64,000 nt of DNA from Leptolyngbyaceae cyanobacterium. Lineage in GTDB: Bacteria > Cyanobacteriota > Cyanobacteriia > Phormidesmidales > Phormidesmidaceae. Below the pieces are notes generated by a model. The model searched no databases. It saw only the letters and a list, made by a program, of their open reading frames with translations, and had not been told where the DNA came from. How positions within the stretch are numbered: position 1 is the first letter of the stretch; every line of letters begins with the position of its first letter. This document shows, in pieces, positions 10,551-21,918 of the stretch. The stretch lies in assembly GCA_050331235.1 (NCBI GenBank), contig JBHJHA010000019.1, positions 1 to 64,000 on the forward strand, read 5' to 3'. Made by a program: the position numbers and the translations under genes.

Positions 10551-11801
10551 TCAGTTGGGCATTGAAGAATGGGGCTCCAGCTCTAAATCGTCTTGAATAG
10601 CTTGGGCTAGTAACCGATTGGGATTTGGGCGTGAGGGATTGCCTAAACCGACATATTTTTCCACCAAGGTCAAAAGTTCTTGGGCTCCAAACGGCTTGGT
10701 GAGGTAGTCGGTGGCACCGGCCATCCGGGCCTTGACACGATCAATAAAGCCATCTTTGCCTGTCAGCATGACAATGGGGGTTTGCCGAAAGCTGGTGGAT
10801 TGGCGGAGCATCGCGCAAAGCTGATAACCCTCTAACTCGGGCATGGCAATATCACACAAAATCAAGTCGGGGCGGAGCTGAAATAAAAGACTCAGGGCGC
10901 GCAGGGGATTGCCAATGGAGGTGGCCTCATATCCATGCTCATCCAGAATTTGTTCGATCGCTCGCCGGATCGCCACGCCGTCGTCCACACAGACAATGCG
11001 AGGCACCCGAGTCGCGTGCCACTCTTCGAGAGGCTCAGATTGTAGGAGCGGTATATCGAGGTCGGGCAAATGCACTAGTCCCTGGCGAACGTAGGGATAA
11101 ACACCTCTGGCAATGGTGACCACGTCTTGGTTGAGGTACCGGGCAATTTGCTGAATTGAGGTATGGCCGTCCATCCAGTTCAGCATTGGCAGAATAGTGG
11201 CATCATCAGCCTGAGCGCTGGGCAACGTTGGCAACACTGCTGGAGTCTGGTGAGGCGATTGAATGTGAGGATAAAACTGCTTCCATGCCTGAATCTGAGT
11301 AGTGATAACCGCCACAAGCGAACTGATATCAAACATAGTGAGCTGCGGACTCAGCCCCGTTGCCAATTTAAAGACGAAGGACCCTTGGTGCAAACTGAGT
11401 AGATCAAACAGAGTCTCGTGCACCATGCCATGGAGAATGGTCCGCCCCTGTTCGGGAGTCAGCGTATGGTTTTCGAGCAAGGCCCAGAGATAGCCATATT
11501 CTGGGGAGTTGAAGGTGGCGATCGCTGGCACATCCAGATTTTTCAGCGCATCTTGTAACCCGTACCGATGGAGATAGCTGCGCAAACGATTGAGGCTGCC
11601 GTCAGTCGTTCCTGCGTAGACAATCTGACCATTGAAAAAGAACACTAGCCATGAGTGTGGCGACGCCGGGGCCGGAGCAGTAATTTCAGAGCCATTCATC
11701 GCAGCATCGTAAGCCTCAACGTACAACTCACCCGTGCGCTGACCGAGCTCAATGAGCTGCAGAATGCTGCGAATATCAATTTCAGCAAGTTGACCCTGCA
11801 T
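10551..11801 (-). CDS. pilG: PatA-family response regulator (PATAN + REC; PilG/HmpA)
   Basis: MQGQLAEIDIRSILQLIELGQRTGEL PATAN start; C-terminal REC CVDDG...CDIAMP...LTKPF; ATG at 11801. Confidence 0.9.
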   Translation of the reverse strand: MQGQLAEIDIRSILQLIELGQRTGELYVEAYDAAMNGSEITAPAPASPHSWLVFFFNGQIVYAGTTDGSLNRLRSYLHRYGLQDALKNLDVPAIATFNSPEYGYLWALLENHTLTPEQGRTILHGMVHETLFDLLSLHQGSFVFKLATGLSPQLTMFDISSLVAVITTQIQAWKQFYPHIQSPHQTPAVLPTLPSAQADDATILPMLNWMDGHTSIQQIARYLNQDVVTIARGVYPYVRQGLVHLPDLDIPLLQSEPLEEWHATRVPRIVCVDDGVAIRRAIEQILDEHGYEATSIGNPLRALSLLFQLRPDLILCDIAMPELEGYQLCAMLRQSTSFRQTPIVMLTGKDGFIDRVKARMAGATDYLTKPFGAQELLTLVEKYVGLGNPSRPNPNRLLAQAIQDDLELEPHSSMPN

Positions 11802-12212
11802 AGAGCGTGACCGTTCCAAAAATTTATTGAGTTACATCAGAGTGAAGGATAAGGTTTAAGCCGATTGTGAGAACCCCTTGCGTGCCAACCGAGCGCTAAC
11901 GCTAATGTGTCCTCATGATATTGCTTTCAGGGGGTGAATGTCTTGTCATTTTTCCGGCGTTGCTCTTCAAGCTCAGCCTGCCTAGGCGGTTAGGTTGTGT
12001 TGGTTGGCAGCCGCTAGCGCTAGTAAACCAGGAAGGCTGCTGGGAGACTGATTTGAGGCCAGTCTTCACAGACAATGACAATCTCAGGGTGAGGCAGCGC
12101 TTTTCAAGCTAGAGTTGCGATTGAGCGCAGGGTAAATGATGGCTGACTGGATGATTTGGCCCAAGGGCTGCTGTTTCTCTCCACACTCTCTTTCTCTAAT
12201 TCGATCAGGGCT

Positions 12213-15200
12213 ATGAACAAGACTAGCTGGCTGGCGATCGCCACTGCTTTGCCACTCTTAGGGTCGTTGCACACGTTGGCTTGGGCTGACAGCATTGTGC
12301 CCGCAGACGGTAGTACCGGCACTCAAGTCATTACCACGGGAACGGAGCATACAATTACCGGCGGTAGCCTCTCCGCTGATCATCAAAATCTATTTCACCA
12401 GTTTACGGAGTTCAACCTGCTGACCGGAGAGAGTGTCACCTTTGTTACGCATCCTGACATTGTTAATGTGCTGAGCGGCGTGACCGGCTCCAATCCATCC
12501 ATCATTGATGGTTTGCTTCAGGTCAGCGGCTCGCGAGCCAACTTGTTTTTGATCAATCCCAATGGCATTCTCTTAGGGCCTGAAACCGCGCTAAATCTCC
12601 AAGGCAGTATTACCGCGGTAACAGCGAAACAGATCAACTTTGCCACTAGTAGCTTCGATTTAGGTGACACGAGTGACTTTGCTGCCTTGAGTGGAGAACC
12701 GCAGAGTTATGGGTTCAGCTTGGGTGAGCCCGCCAGTCTCGTCAACTCGGGTGACCTCGCAGTTCTCCCTGGCCAAGCGATCGTCCTGCTAGGGGGTCAG
12801 GTTTTGCAGACCGGCTCAATCGCGGCACCGGGTGGCGACATTATTATCAGCGCCGTCGAGGGTGGGCAGCTGGTCCGGATCACGCAGTCCGGCTTGCTGT
12901 TAAATCTTGAAATTGAGACGCTGCCAGAGTTAGCAGCCGAGCCGCTGCCGTTTTCGCCGCTGGCGTTGCCAGATCTCCTCACCGGCAGCGCGATCGCTCC
13001 GGCAACGGAGGTTGTCATCAATCCCGATGGCTCGGTGAGTCTCAGTGGCTCAGCAGCGCCCTTACCCAATACGGTGGGCACCACTATCGTTGGGGGCGCG
13101 ATCAACAGCAGCAGTCCCCTGATCGGTGGCAACATCACAATTACGGGGACAACCATTGGTTTATTAGAGGCGATGGTCAACGCCTCAGGCAATGGCGGCG
13201 GCACGATTCGGATCGGGGGAGATTATCAGGGCAATGGCCCGTTACCCGCGGCTAACGTCACCTTTGATGATGACAGGTCCCAAATCCTGGCCGATGCGAT
13301 CGCGTCTTGCTATGGCGGCACCATCGTCCTTTTGTCAGAAAGTACGTCCGGTAGCTATGGTCGTCTCAGCGCCCAAGGCGGCCTCACTAGCGGCAACGGT
13401 GGTTTGATTGAAACCAGCAGTCGCGGTTATTTAGATACTCGGGGAATCCCCAATGTCAGCGCCCCCGCGGGCCAAGCTGGCACCTGGCTGATCGACCCTA
13501 TCGATATCGAAATCGTCGATGATTCTGAAACCGACTTTGATGCCTTTCCCACCGGCAATCCTTTCATTGCTCAGGGCGGTAATCCCGCCATTATTAGCTG
13601 GTTTGATATTCAGAATGCGCTCGGTCAAGGGTCAGGCGTAACGGTCACGGTGTCTACAGGCACTGGAGGCGGGCAAAATGGTGATATTACCGTAGACGGC
13701 TTCGACCTAGGAGCAGTCTCACCCGATGCCACCTTGGAACTCTTGGCCGCCGGTGACATCGATCTGCCTTTTGGCCTGACGAGCAGTGGTGGCGTCAGCT
13801 ATGAGTTTGTCGCCGACGCAGACAACAACGGCAGCGGTCAAATTGTCGCCGACGGTGTCTTGAGCACCAACGGTGGTGACATCTTGCTCTCAGGTGCTGA
13901 TGCTGGGAGTGCACCGGCAATTGATTTGCGGAGTGCAGTGATCTCTGACGGGGGCGACATCACGATTCGCAGTCGCAACGGTGATGTCGAATTGCTGTCA
14001 GTGGATGCCGGCACACCGCTGCTGGGATTAGGAGGAGCGATCACCATCGATACACCAGACCTCGTCCGGGTTTCCGACCCAATCATCAGCCTCGAAACCT
14101 CTGAGGGTGCTCCCATCACCATTCGGCATGGCGGCAACGGCACGATTCCCTTTGTTGTTGGCAACTCAGACCTGAACGGTAGCGCTGGTGAAATTAGCAA
14201 CGGCCTCTCGACAGCCCCTCCTGCCAGTTACTCAAACACTAGTTTCGTAGGCGCGATCGCGATTGAAACGGGCATGGCACCACCGCCAGTCGATGAAGGG
14301 CTCGACTGTGTAGGAAATTGTGAAACCATTCCACCGCCGACCGAAGACTTTGGTGACGAAAACTTTTTTGAGGATTCCCTAAGAGGACCAGGGCTCGAAA
14401 ATGAATTAGGAGACTTCAACGGCGATGACTTTGGCGAGCCTTTAGGTTTTGGTGACCCAGGAGATTTTGGCGAGCCTGGAGACTTCGACGGTGATTTTGA
14501 CGGTGGTGATTTTGATGGTCCCGAGGGGCCACCACGGGCCGATGAGGAAGCGTTTGAGGAGGGCGATCGGGCTGACGGGCCAGATGACTTTGATGAGGAT
14601 CGGGCCGATCGCCCAGATGATCAGAGGGAGAGCAACGGTGACGATGACTCCCGAGCAGCCCGTCGCCGGGAGGGAGAAGAAGATTTTGACGAGGGCGAAG
14701 AGGGGCCAAGACGGGAGGGCGATCGCGAATTTGATGACAACGCTGAGGATCTGACCTTAGACGAATGGGCCTTTGAAGACGCTTTTTATGCTGAGGACTT
14801 CGTCAGCTATTTTGGCCTATCCCAACTACCAGAGCCAGATTTTGCAACCAGCCAGACCACCCTGAGAACTTTGACCCAGCAGGTCGGCACGGCCTCAGCC
14901 TTAGTTTATGCGCGCTTTAGCCCAGCGGGTGTCACCGTTGCTCAGCAGGCTACGCATAAGCAGTTGCAAAATCCCCAACCCACGGATGTTTTGCAGCTAG
15001 TGCTGGTCACCCCGGATGGTCAGCCCCAGCAGGTTGAGATCCCGGGAGCGACTCGAGACAAGGTGATTAATGCCGTTCGGCAATTGCAGATCGAGCTCAC
15101 CGATCGCACGCGCCGCCGCCAAACCACTTACCTCGCACATTCTCAAACACTGTATAAGTGGCTGATCGAGCCCCTCGAAAAAGTCTTGCAGGCGGAGGAG

Positions 15201-16019
15201 ATCGGTCACCTGTCTTTGATTATGGCCCCAGGGTTGCGATCGCTGCCTGTTGCTGCGTTACATGATGGCGAGCAGTTCATCATCGAAAAATATACGGTGG
15301 GTTTGATGCCCAGCCTTGCCCTGACCGACACCCGATACACCGATGTGCGGCAGGCACCCGTACTGGCCATGGGCGCCTCGGAATTTACCGATCAGCCGGA
15401 TCTGCCAGCGGTACCCTTTGAGCTGACCACTATCGTGGAGGAACTGCGCCAAGGTCAGCAGACCCTGAATGAAACCTTTACCCCCCAGAGGCTGGTGGCC
15501 CAAAGACAGGCAGCCGAATTTCCAATTTTGCATTTGGCCACCCACGGGGAGTTTCGCGCTGGGGGGCCCAACAACTCCTACATTCAGTTTTGGAATCAGC
15601 GGTTGGGCCTCGATCAAATCAGGGAACTGCAGCTCAACAATCCACCCCTAGAGCTTTTGGTCATGAGTGCTTGCAAAACAGCTCTGGGGGATACCTCGGC
15701 GGAGCTCGGGTTTGCTGGGCTCGCCGTGCAGGCGGGCGTTAAGTCAGCATTGGCGTCCCTCTGGCAGGTCAGCGATCTAGAAACCGCGGGGCTGATGACG
15801 GAGTTTTATGCCCAGCTGAGTCAGCAACCTTACAAGGCAGAAGCCCTACGACAAGCTCAGTTAGCCATGCTGCGGGGCGAGGTCACTGTCACAGATGGTC
15901 AACTGGTGTGGAATGGCGGGACGGTCCCTCTACCCGAGAATCTCGCAAATTTGAGGTTTGGCGATACCCGCCATCCCTACTATTGGGCAGCGTTTACGCT
16001 GGTCGGCAGTCCTTGGTGA
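12213..16019 (+). CDS. Secreted filamentous-haemagglutinin N-terminal domain + CHAT (caspase-like) domain protein
   Basis: Signal peptide ending AWAD; TPS-type motifs NLFHQF, NPSIIDG, ANLFLINPNGI; CHAT dyad motifs HLATHGEF and MSACKTALG; ends HPYYWAAFTLVGSPW; ATG at 12213. Confidence 0.9.
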   Translation: MNKTSWLAIATALPLLGSLHTLAWADSIVPADGSTGTQVITTGTEHTITGGSLSADHQNLFHQFTEFNLLTGESVTFVTHPDIVNVLSGVTGSNPSIIDGLLQVSGSRANLFLINPNGILLGPETALNLQGSITAVTAKQINFATSSFDLGDTSDFAALSGEPQSYGFSLGEPASLVNSGDLAVLPGQAIVLLGGQVLQTGSIAAPGGDIIISAVEGGQLVRITQSGLLLNLEIETLPELAAEPLPFSPLALPDLLTGSAIAPATEVVINPDGSVSLSGSAAPLPNTVGTTIVGGAINSSSPLIGGNITITGTTIGLLEAMVNASGNGGGTIRIGGDYQGNGPLPAANVTFDDDRSQILADAIASCYGGTIVLLSESTSGSYGRLSAQGGLTSGNGGLIETSSRGYLDTRGIPNVSAPAGQAGTWLIDPIDIEIVDDSETDFDAFPTGNPFIAQGGNPAIISWFDIQNALGQGSGVTVTVSTGTGGGQNGDITVDGFDLGAVSPDATLELLAAGDIDLPFGLTSSGGVSYEFVADADNNGSGQIVADGVLSTNGGDILLSGADAGSAPAIDLRSAVISDGGDITIRSRNGDVELLSVDAGTPLLGLGGAITIDTPDLVRVSDPIISLETSEGAPITIRHGGNGTIPFVVGNSDLNGSAGEISNGLSTAPPASYSNTSFVGAIAIETGMAPPPVDEGLDCVGNCETIPPPTEDFGDENFFEDSLRGPGLENELGDFNGDDFGEPLGFGDPGDFGEPGDFDGDFDGGDFDGPEGPPRADEEAFEEGDRADGPDDFDEDRADRPDDQRESNGDDDSRAARRREGEEDFDEGEEGPRREGDREFDDNAEDLTLDEWAFEDAFYAEDFVSYFGLSQLPEPDFATSQTTLRTLTQQVGTASALVYARFSPAGVTVAQQATHKQLQNPQPTDVLQLVLVTPDGQPQQVEIPGATRDKVINAVRQLQIELTDRTRRRQTTYLAHSQTLYKWLIEPLEKVLQAEEIGHLSLIMAPGLRSLPVAALHDGEQFIIEKYTVGLMPSLALTDTRYTDVRQAPVLAMGASEFTDQPDLPAVPFELTTIVEELRQGQQTLNETFTPQRLVAQRQAAEFPILHLATHGEFRAGGPNNSYIQFWNQRLGLDQIRELQLNNPPLELLVMSACKTALGDTSAELGFAGLAVQAGVKSALASLWQVSDLETAGLMTEFYAQLSQQPYKAEALRQAQLAMLRGEVTVTDGQLVWNGGTVPLPENLANLRFGDTRHPYYWAAFTLVGSPW

Positions 16020-16147
16020 TGAAACCTTGCCGACAATCACCGACACCACCCCGAAATTGATCCGTATATTGATACCCAGATGGAGGTGAGCGGGCATGCA
16101 TGAGGATGTCTCAGTTGCTGCATCCCGTGACCTAACGCTACGAGTAA

Positions 16148-17286
16148 TACCAATTCTCTGATGCCGGCTACAGATAGAGCCCCTAAGATGGATTCTCTGC
16201 CGGTAATCGAAGCGATCGTCTCGGTGCTCAAAGCGAGCAACTGCTCTTTGATAAGTTGTCGCAGTTCATCTAAGGTCTTAAGACAGCGCCAGCGCAACCG
16301 CTTTTTGAGATACTGCCAGACTTGCTCAATCGGGTTATATTCGGGGGAATGGGCGGGTTGAAACATCAAGATGATATGGTCCGGCACCTGTAACCGTTTC
16401 GCTTGATGCCACCCCGCTTGGTCGAGTTGAATGACCACAATACTGTCGGGGTATTGCTGAGCCACCAGTTTGAGAAAGCGTTGGAAACACTCGGTATTGC
16501 AATGGGTGAACGCGTAGAAAAAGTGCTCCCCGTCGCGGGTTCCACCATCCCATAGAGATAGGTGGCCTTGAAGGTCCATCGGACTTTGCCCACAGGCTTG
16601 ACCCCACGGGCGGTAATGCGGCGACCAGTCAGAGTTTTGAGGCCTAAGCGACTTTCATCCTGGCAGAAGAACCGGACGGTACCCGGCCCGGCCAACTCCG
16701 TCATGGCGAAGTAGGCCACCATCGCCAAGTTCTCAGCCAGTTTTTTTATATGCCGCTAACGCGGCTTCGTCTTGCTGGTTACTTTTCGGTCGCACCACTT
16801 TGGGCGCGGCGCCGAGGCGATAGTAGACCCACTTGTGAACGGTTTTGTACGGCGCCACGATCCCTAGATGGGTCGCCAACCAGTCATGGATGGCCGCATA
16901 ACTTTCAAAGCCTTCTGACTGCTCTAACCGCTTTCTCAAGGCCGTTTCTGCCCATTCGGGAAGGGTCGATTTGTCACCGGTATGAGGGGCGTGAGCCAGC
17001 AGGTGCGAAAGACCGCCATAACGATGGCGCTTGGCCCATTTCTGCGCCGTCACCCGATGGCGGCCGAGCCAAGTCGCCGCTTCCTGCATCGTTTCCACTT
17101 GTCCACTTTTCAAGAGATACAACAGGTGAACGCGATCTCTGTCCGTGGCGCTTTTCTGCTCTCTCAAGAGGGCTTTGAGCACTTCTTCACTTTCGGGGAT
17201 CTCAAGATGATAGACGCCTGACATGGTTCTTACTCAATCCTTCATATCCGTTCTAGCATCTGTAGTCTTAATCCAAAGAATTGGTA
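16148..17286 (-). mobile_element. IS630-family insertion sequence (~1.14 kb), probably defective
   Basis: Inverted ends ATACCAATTCT (16147-16157) and AGAATTGGTAT (17277-17287), with TA at 16148-49 and 17285-86; shared subterminal CTACAGAT; encodes HTH and DDE segments. Confidence 0.92.
16150..17224 (-). pseudogene. IS630 transposase split over three frames
   Basis: orfA HTH (16733-17224) ends at the slippery TATAAAAAAAC; FCQDESRLG in a second frame; LDQAGWH and PAHSPEYNPIEQVW in a third frame after a 1-nt loss in a G run at 16528-16531. Confidence 0.85.
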
Positions 17287-17328
17287 TAAACTCATTTTCC
17301 GCTCCCAGTGATCGACTGTGCGTCGACC

Positions 17329-18084
17329 CTAGCGGCTGACCTGCTGACCCGCTCGCACACTTACCGGCCAGGTAATCAGAAGGCGATCGCTGGGCCAACT
17401 CGCGGCCATCTGCTCGGCCAACGCCATGAGAGGATTGTCGCCGTGGTGCTGCATGTATCGCTGGGTTGCAGACCAGGTAAAAAGATAGCCCATCAGCTCC
17501 GCCAAGGTCCAGCTCACTGTCATCATGTAGGTCGGAGCGTCTACCTCAGTAAACGGAAACGGTAGGGTGCGATAGCCGGTTTCGACCAATCGCCGCTCCG
17601 GCGTCCAAAAGTCATCCAAGATGTGGTCGTAGTAGTGTTCCAGCTGAGCATTAAGGGATGGCATCGCGACCTGCGGGCAGCCATAACACCAGATGGCAAA
17701 CAGCCCTTCAGGTTTGAGTACCCGCTGCACGGCGGCATAAAACGGCTCAAGGTCAAACCAGTGCACCGCCTGAGCTACCGTAACCAAATCTACGCTGTGG
17801 GCAGCCATATCCGGAGTCTCGGCTAAGGCTACCTGATAGGTCACCCGGGGATGCTGCGGTGCTTGCTCTAGCTGAGCAGCACTGGCATCGGTGGCGATAA
17901 CTTGCTGAAAGTGGGCAGCCAGGGCGATCGCGGCTTGTCCGTTGCCCGTCGCGCAATCCCAAACGCGGTCGTGCTGGCGACACTGTTGCGCTAGCCAAGT
18001 AAACAGCGCCGCTGGATAGTGGGGCCGATAGGTGGCATAGTCCGCTGCGTGCCCCGAAAAATAGTCTTTGAATCGGGCTGTCAT
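17329..18084 (-). CDS. Class I SAM-dependent methyltransferase
   Basis: VWDCATGNGQAA motif I; VTVAQAVHWFD; 4-bp overlap with the upstream HAD gene. Confidence 0.9.
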   Translation of the reverse strand: MTARFKDYFSGHAADYATYRPHYPAALFTWLAQQCRQHDRVWDCATGNGQAAIALAAHFQQVIATDASAAQLEQAPQHPRVTYQVALAETPDMAAHSVDLVTVAQAVHWFDLEPFYAAVQRVLKPEGLFAIWCYGCPQVAMPSLNAQLEHYYDHILDDFWTPERRLVETGYRTLPFPFTEVDAPTYMMTVSWTLAELMGYLFTWSATQRYMQHHGDNPLMALAEQMAASWPSDRLLITWPVSVRAGQQVSR

Positions 18085-18887
18085 GGTTGCTCCTCATCGG
18101 CCGTGAGCTGCAAAATTTGCGCAGCGGTCAAGTCAGTCAGCCGAGGCAACACCATCGCGGCCCCCGCCGCCTTGAGGCGATCGCCATACCGCGCGGCGTA
18201 ATCGGCTCCCGCTGAGACCACGTGGGGTGGCAAAATGCCAACTCCTAACCACACCCGATCCGGTTGCTGCTGAGCCGCCCGCTGTATCGTTTCCATATCC
18301 GCCACGGTGTCACCGGCATAGAGCACAGGTCGACGTGCCGCAGCCGGTGCTACAGCCTCGAGGACCTGAAATAATCCCGTCGGGTCCGGCTTCCCAGGCG
18401 CATCTTCCATTGCCACTAGTTCGGGCTGATCAAGCTGTAACCGTTGCTCTAGAACAAAACAGGCCGATCCTCGGGTGGCCCCGCTAAAAAAGCCCCAGGC
18501 AATCTCAGCCTGAGAGAGTTGCTGAAAGTACTCAGGCGTCACCAACACAGGCTCTTGCGAAATGTAGCCTGTCCACTGTGTCGGGTCGCTCAGCATAGGG
18601 CCGCGATAGCGCCGCTGAAAAAAGTCCACCAGGGAGTCATAGTCAAGGGCGATCGCGTCGCGAGGTTTACCCTGGGCCTCAAAATAGCGATAGGTCAACT
18701 CCTGGGACCCTTCCCAGTCGTTGTTCCACTGGCCTTCTGCCTTGAGCTGATCAATATCCGTTGGCGTGGGTCGGTAGCCCCCCTGGGTAAAATGCTCCAC
18801 CGTATCGGCGAGGGCCCGTCGATAGGACCCCCCCACGTCCCGAATTACTCCGTCAATATCAAAAATTGCGATCGCCTTTGCAGACAC
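18081..18887 (-). CDS. HAD-superfamily hydrolase (cyanobacterial TIGR01548-like)
   Basis: FDIDGVIRD motif I; GKPDP and YAGDTVAD motifs. Confidence 0.88.
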   Translation of the reverse strand: MSAKAIAIFDIDGVIRDVGGSYRRALADTVEHFTQGGYRPTPTDIDQLKAEGQWNNDWEGSQELTYRYFEAQGKPRDAIALDYDSLVDFFQRRYRGPMLSDPTQWTGYISQEPVLVTPEYFQQLSQAEIAWGFFSGATRGSACFVLEQRLQLDQPELVAMEDAPGKPDPTGLFQVLEAVAPAAARRPVLYAGDTVADMETIQRAAQQQPDRVWLGVGILPPHVVSAGADYAARYGDRLKAAGAAMVLPRLTDLTAAQILQLTADEEQP

Positions 18888-19135
18888 AGCTCATGCCTCG
18901 ATATCGTTAAGCTAGTAAAAACAATATCTCTCAAATTAGCAACCTTCTAAACCGCTTACCCCAACTGTTGAACCGCATTACCGCCACTGCCCACCCACAC
19001 CCTACGGGTGAAGCCCCCTGCAGCAGTGATATCTCCGGCAGGATAGGCGGCAAACCGGGAAGTTACGACCACAGCATTACAGATTAAACGGTTTAAGATA
19101 TTATGGAGGACTGTAGTTTTGAAAGGGGATTTGCG

Positions 19136-19456
19136 GTGGAGGCTGCTTTAGAAACTGACGCCAGATTTGTGCTCAAGGTACTTTGGCTAGACAAGGATGT
19201 CGCCCTAGCGGTTGACCAAGTAGTGGGCAAAGGAACAAGCCCGCTCACGGCTTATTTTTTCTGGCCGCGCAACGACGCTTGGGAGCAAATGAAAACCGAG
19301 CTGGAAGGTAAGAGCTGGATTTCAGAAGAAGAGCGCGTCGAGCTGCTCAACACGGCCACTGAGATCATTAACTATTGGCAAGAAGAGGGCAAAGGCAAAC
19401 CCATGCGGGTCGCCCAGGAAAAATTCAAAACGGTTCTATTTACCGGTAGTTCGTAA
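19136..19456 (+). CDS. ycf65: 30S ribosomal protein PSRP-3 / Ycf65
   Basis: [44 protein letters not shown] at 19136 follows AAAGGGGA (ATG at 19103 is an alternative start). Confidence 0.9.
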   Translation: MEAALETDARFVLKVLWLDKDVALAVDQVVGKGTSPLTAYFFWPRNDAWEQMKTELEGKSWISEEERVELLNTATEIINYWQEEGKGKPMRVAQEKFKTVLFTGSS

Positions 19457-19546
19457 AGTTACACACTCCTGGCGCGCTGCTAGGCCCGTCAACCGCGATC
19501 GGTGTATTGTCTATATCATCAAGACCACCAGAAAAAATATCAGATC

Positions 19547-19582
19547 AAAAAAGGACAGGGGTTAAATGACCTCTGCCCTTTT
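19547..19582 (-). terminator. Intrinsic terminator of atpDC (possibly bidirectional)
   Basis: Minus strand AAAAGGGCAGAGGTC-ATTT-AACCCCTGTCC-TTTTTT between convergent genes. Confidence 0.75.
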
Positions 19583-19635
19583 AATTGATGTTGGCCTTTT
19601 GACGAATGCTCACGTGGCGGTAGTCCAGAACTGCC

Positions 19636-20046
19636 TCAACCGACAGAACCACCAGCCGCTTGCAAACGCGCCCTTGCTCGCTGCAGCTTTTGACGAGCTT
19701 GCAATGTAGCACGCCGATCATCCGGAGACGCCGAATTGGCTTCTGCCTGAGCCGCTTCAAATGCTTCACGGGCTGAGGGCTGATCAATGCTGTCACCGCG
19801 CTCAGCGCCTCGGACCAGGATAGTCACTTCATCATTTTCGACTTCGGCAAAACCACCCATCAGGGCGATCGCTACCCAGTCTTTATCCGGTCGGACACGC
19901 ATCACGCCAACATCAATCGCCGTCATCAGCGGCGCGTGACCACCCAAAATACCCAACTGCCCAGTCGTACTGGGCAAGATAACCTCTTCTGCTTCTGCAT
20001 CCCAGACAGTTTTATCCGGGGAAATAACCCGCACGGTTAGAGACAT
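19636..20046 (-). CDS. atpC: ATP synthase F1 epsilon subunit
   Basis: [33 protein letters not shown]; lies downstream of the beta subunit. Confidence 0.97.
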   Translation of the reverse strand: MSLTVRVISPDKTVWDAEAEEVILPSTTGQLGILGGHAPLMTAIDVGVMRVRPDKDWVAIALMGGFAEVENDEVTILVRGAERGDSIDQPSAREAFEAAQAEANSASPDDRRATLQARQKLQRARARLQAAGGSVG

Positions 20047-20133
20047 TGTGAATTAAACCGCTCTCTGGCGTAGACAACTCTTTCAGTTAGAGCTGACCCG
20101 ATATATCAGGGCCAGCTCTGATCATTCAGTCGA

Positions 20134-21627
<1,494 letters not shown>

Positions 21628-21918
21628 CTAAAGACAACCTTAGGTTTCGCAGCGCCACTTAACACATTATCACTGAACGAGCGACTTCCAAGCGATCGCA
21701 ATCGGCAGTTTTGAGCAATTAAAAAATCTGTTAGCAAAATGCCCACTAGCTTACTAATGACTCCTCTTAACCGGGCTTTTGCTGCGCTCCTGAGCCCACA
21801 CTATCAACCTCTATGCCAGCGGCAGAAACTGGATGAGCCGCAGCTTTGCCTTAACCTAAGGATCACGTTTTGATTTTAGTGTTATAGGGTCGAAGTGGAT
21901 TGTTACGGAAAAAGCACC

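Noticed and set aside
16150..17284. Absence of HIP1 from the IS as a sign of foreign origin
   Set aside because: 1.1 kb is too short for the absence to be meaningful
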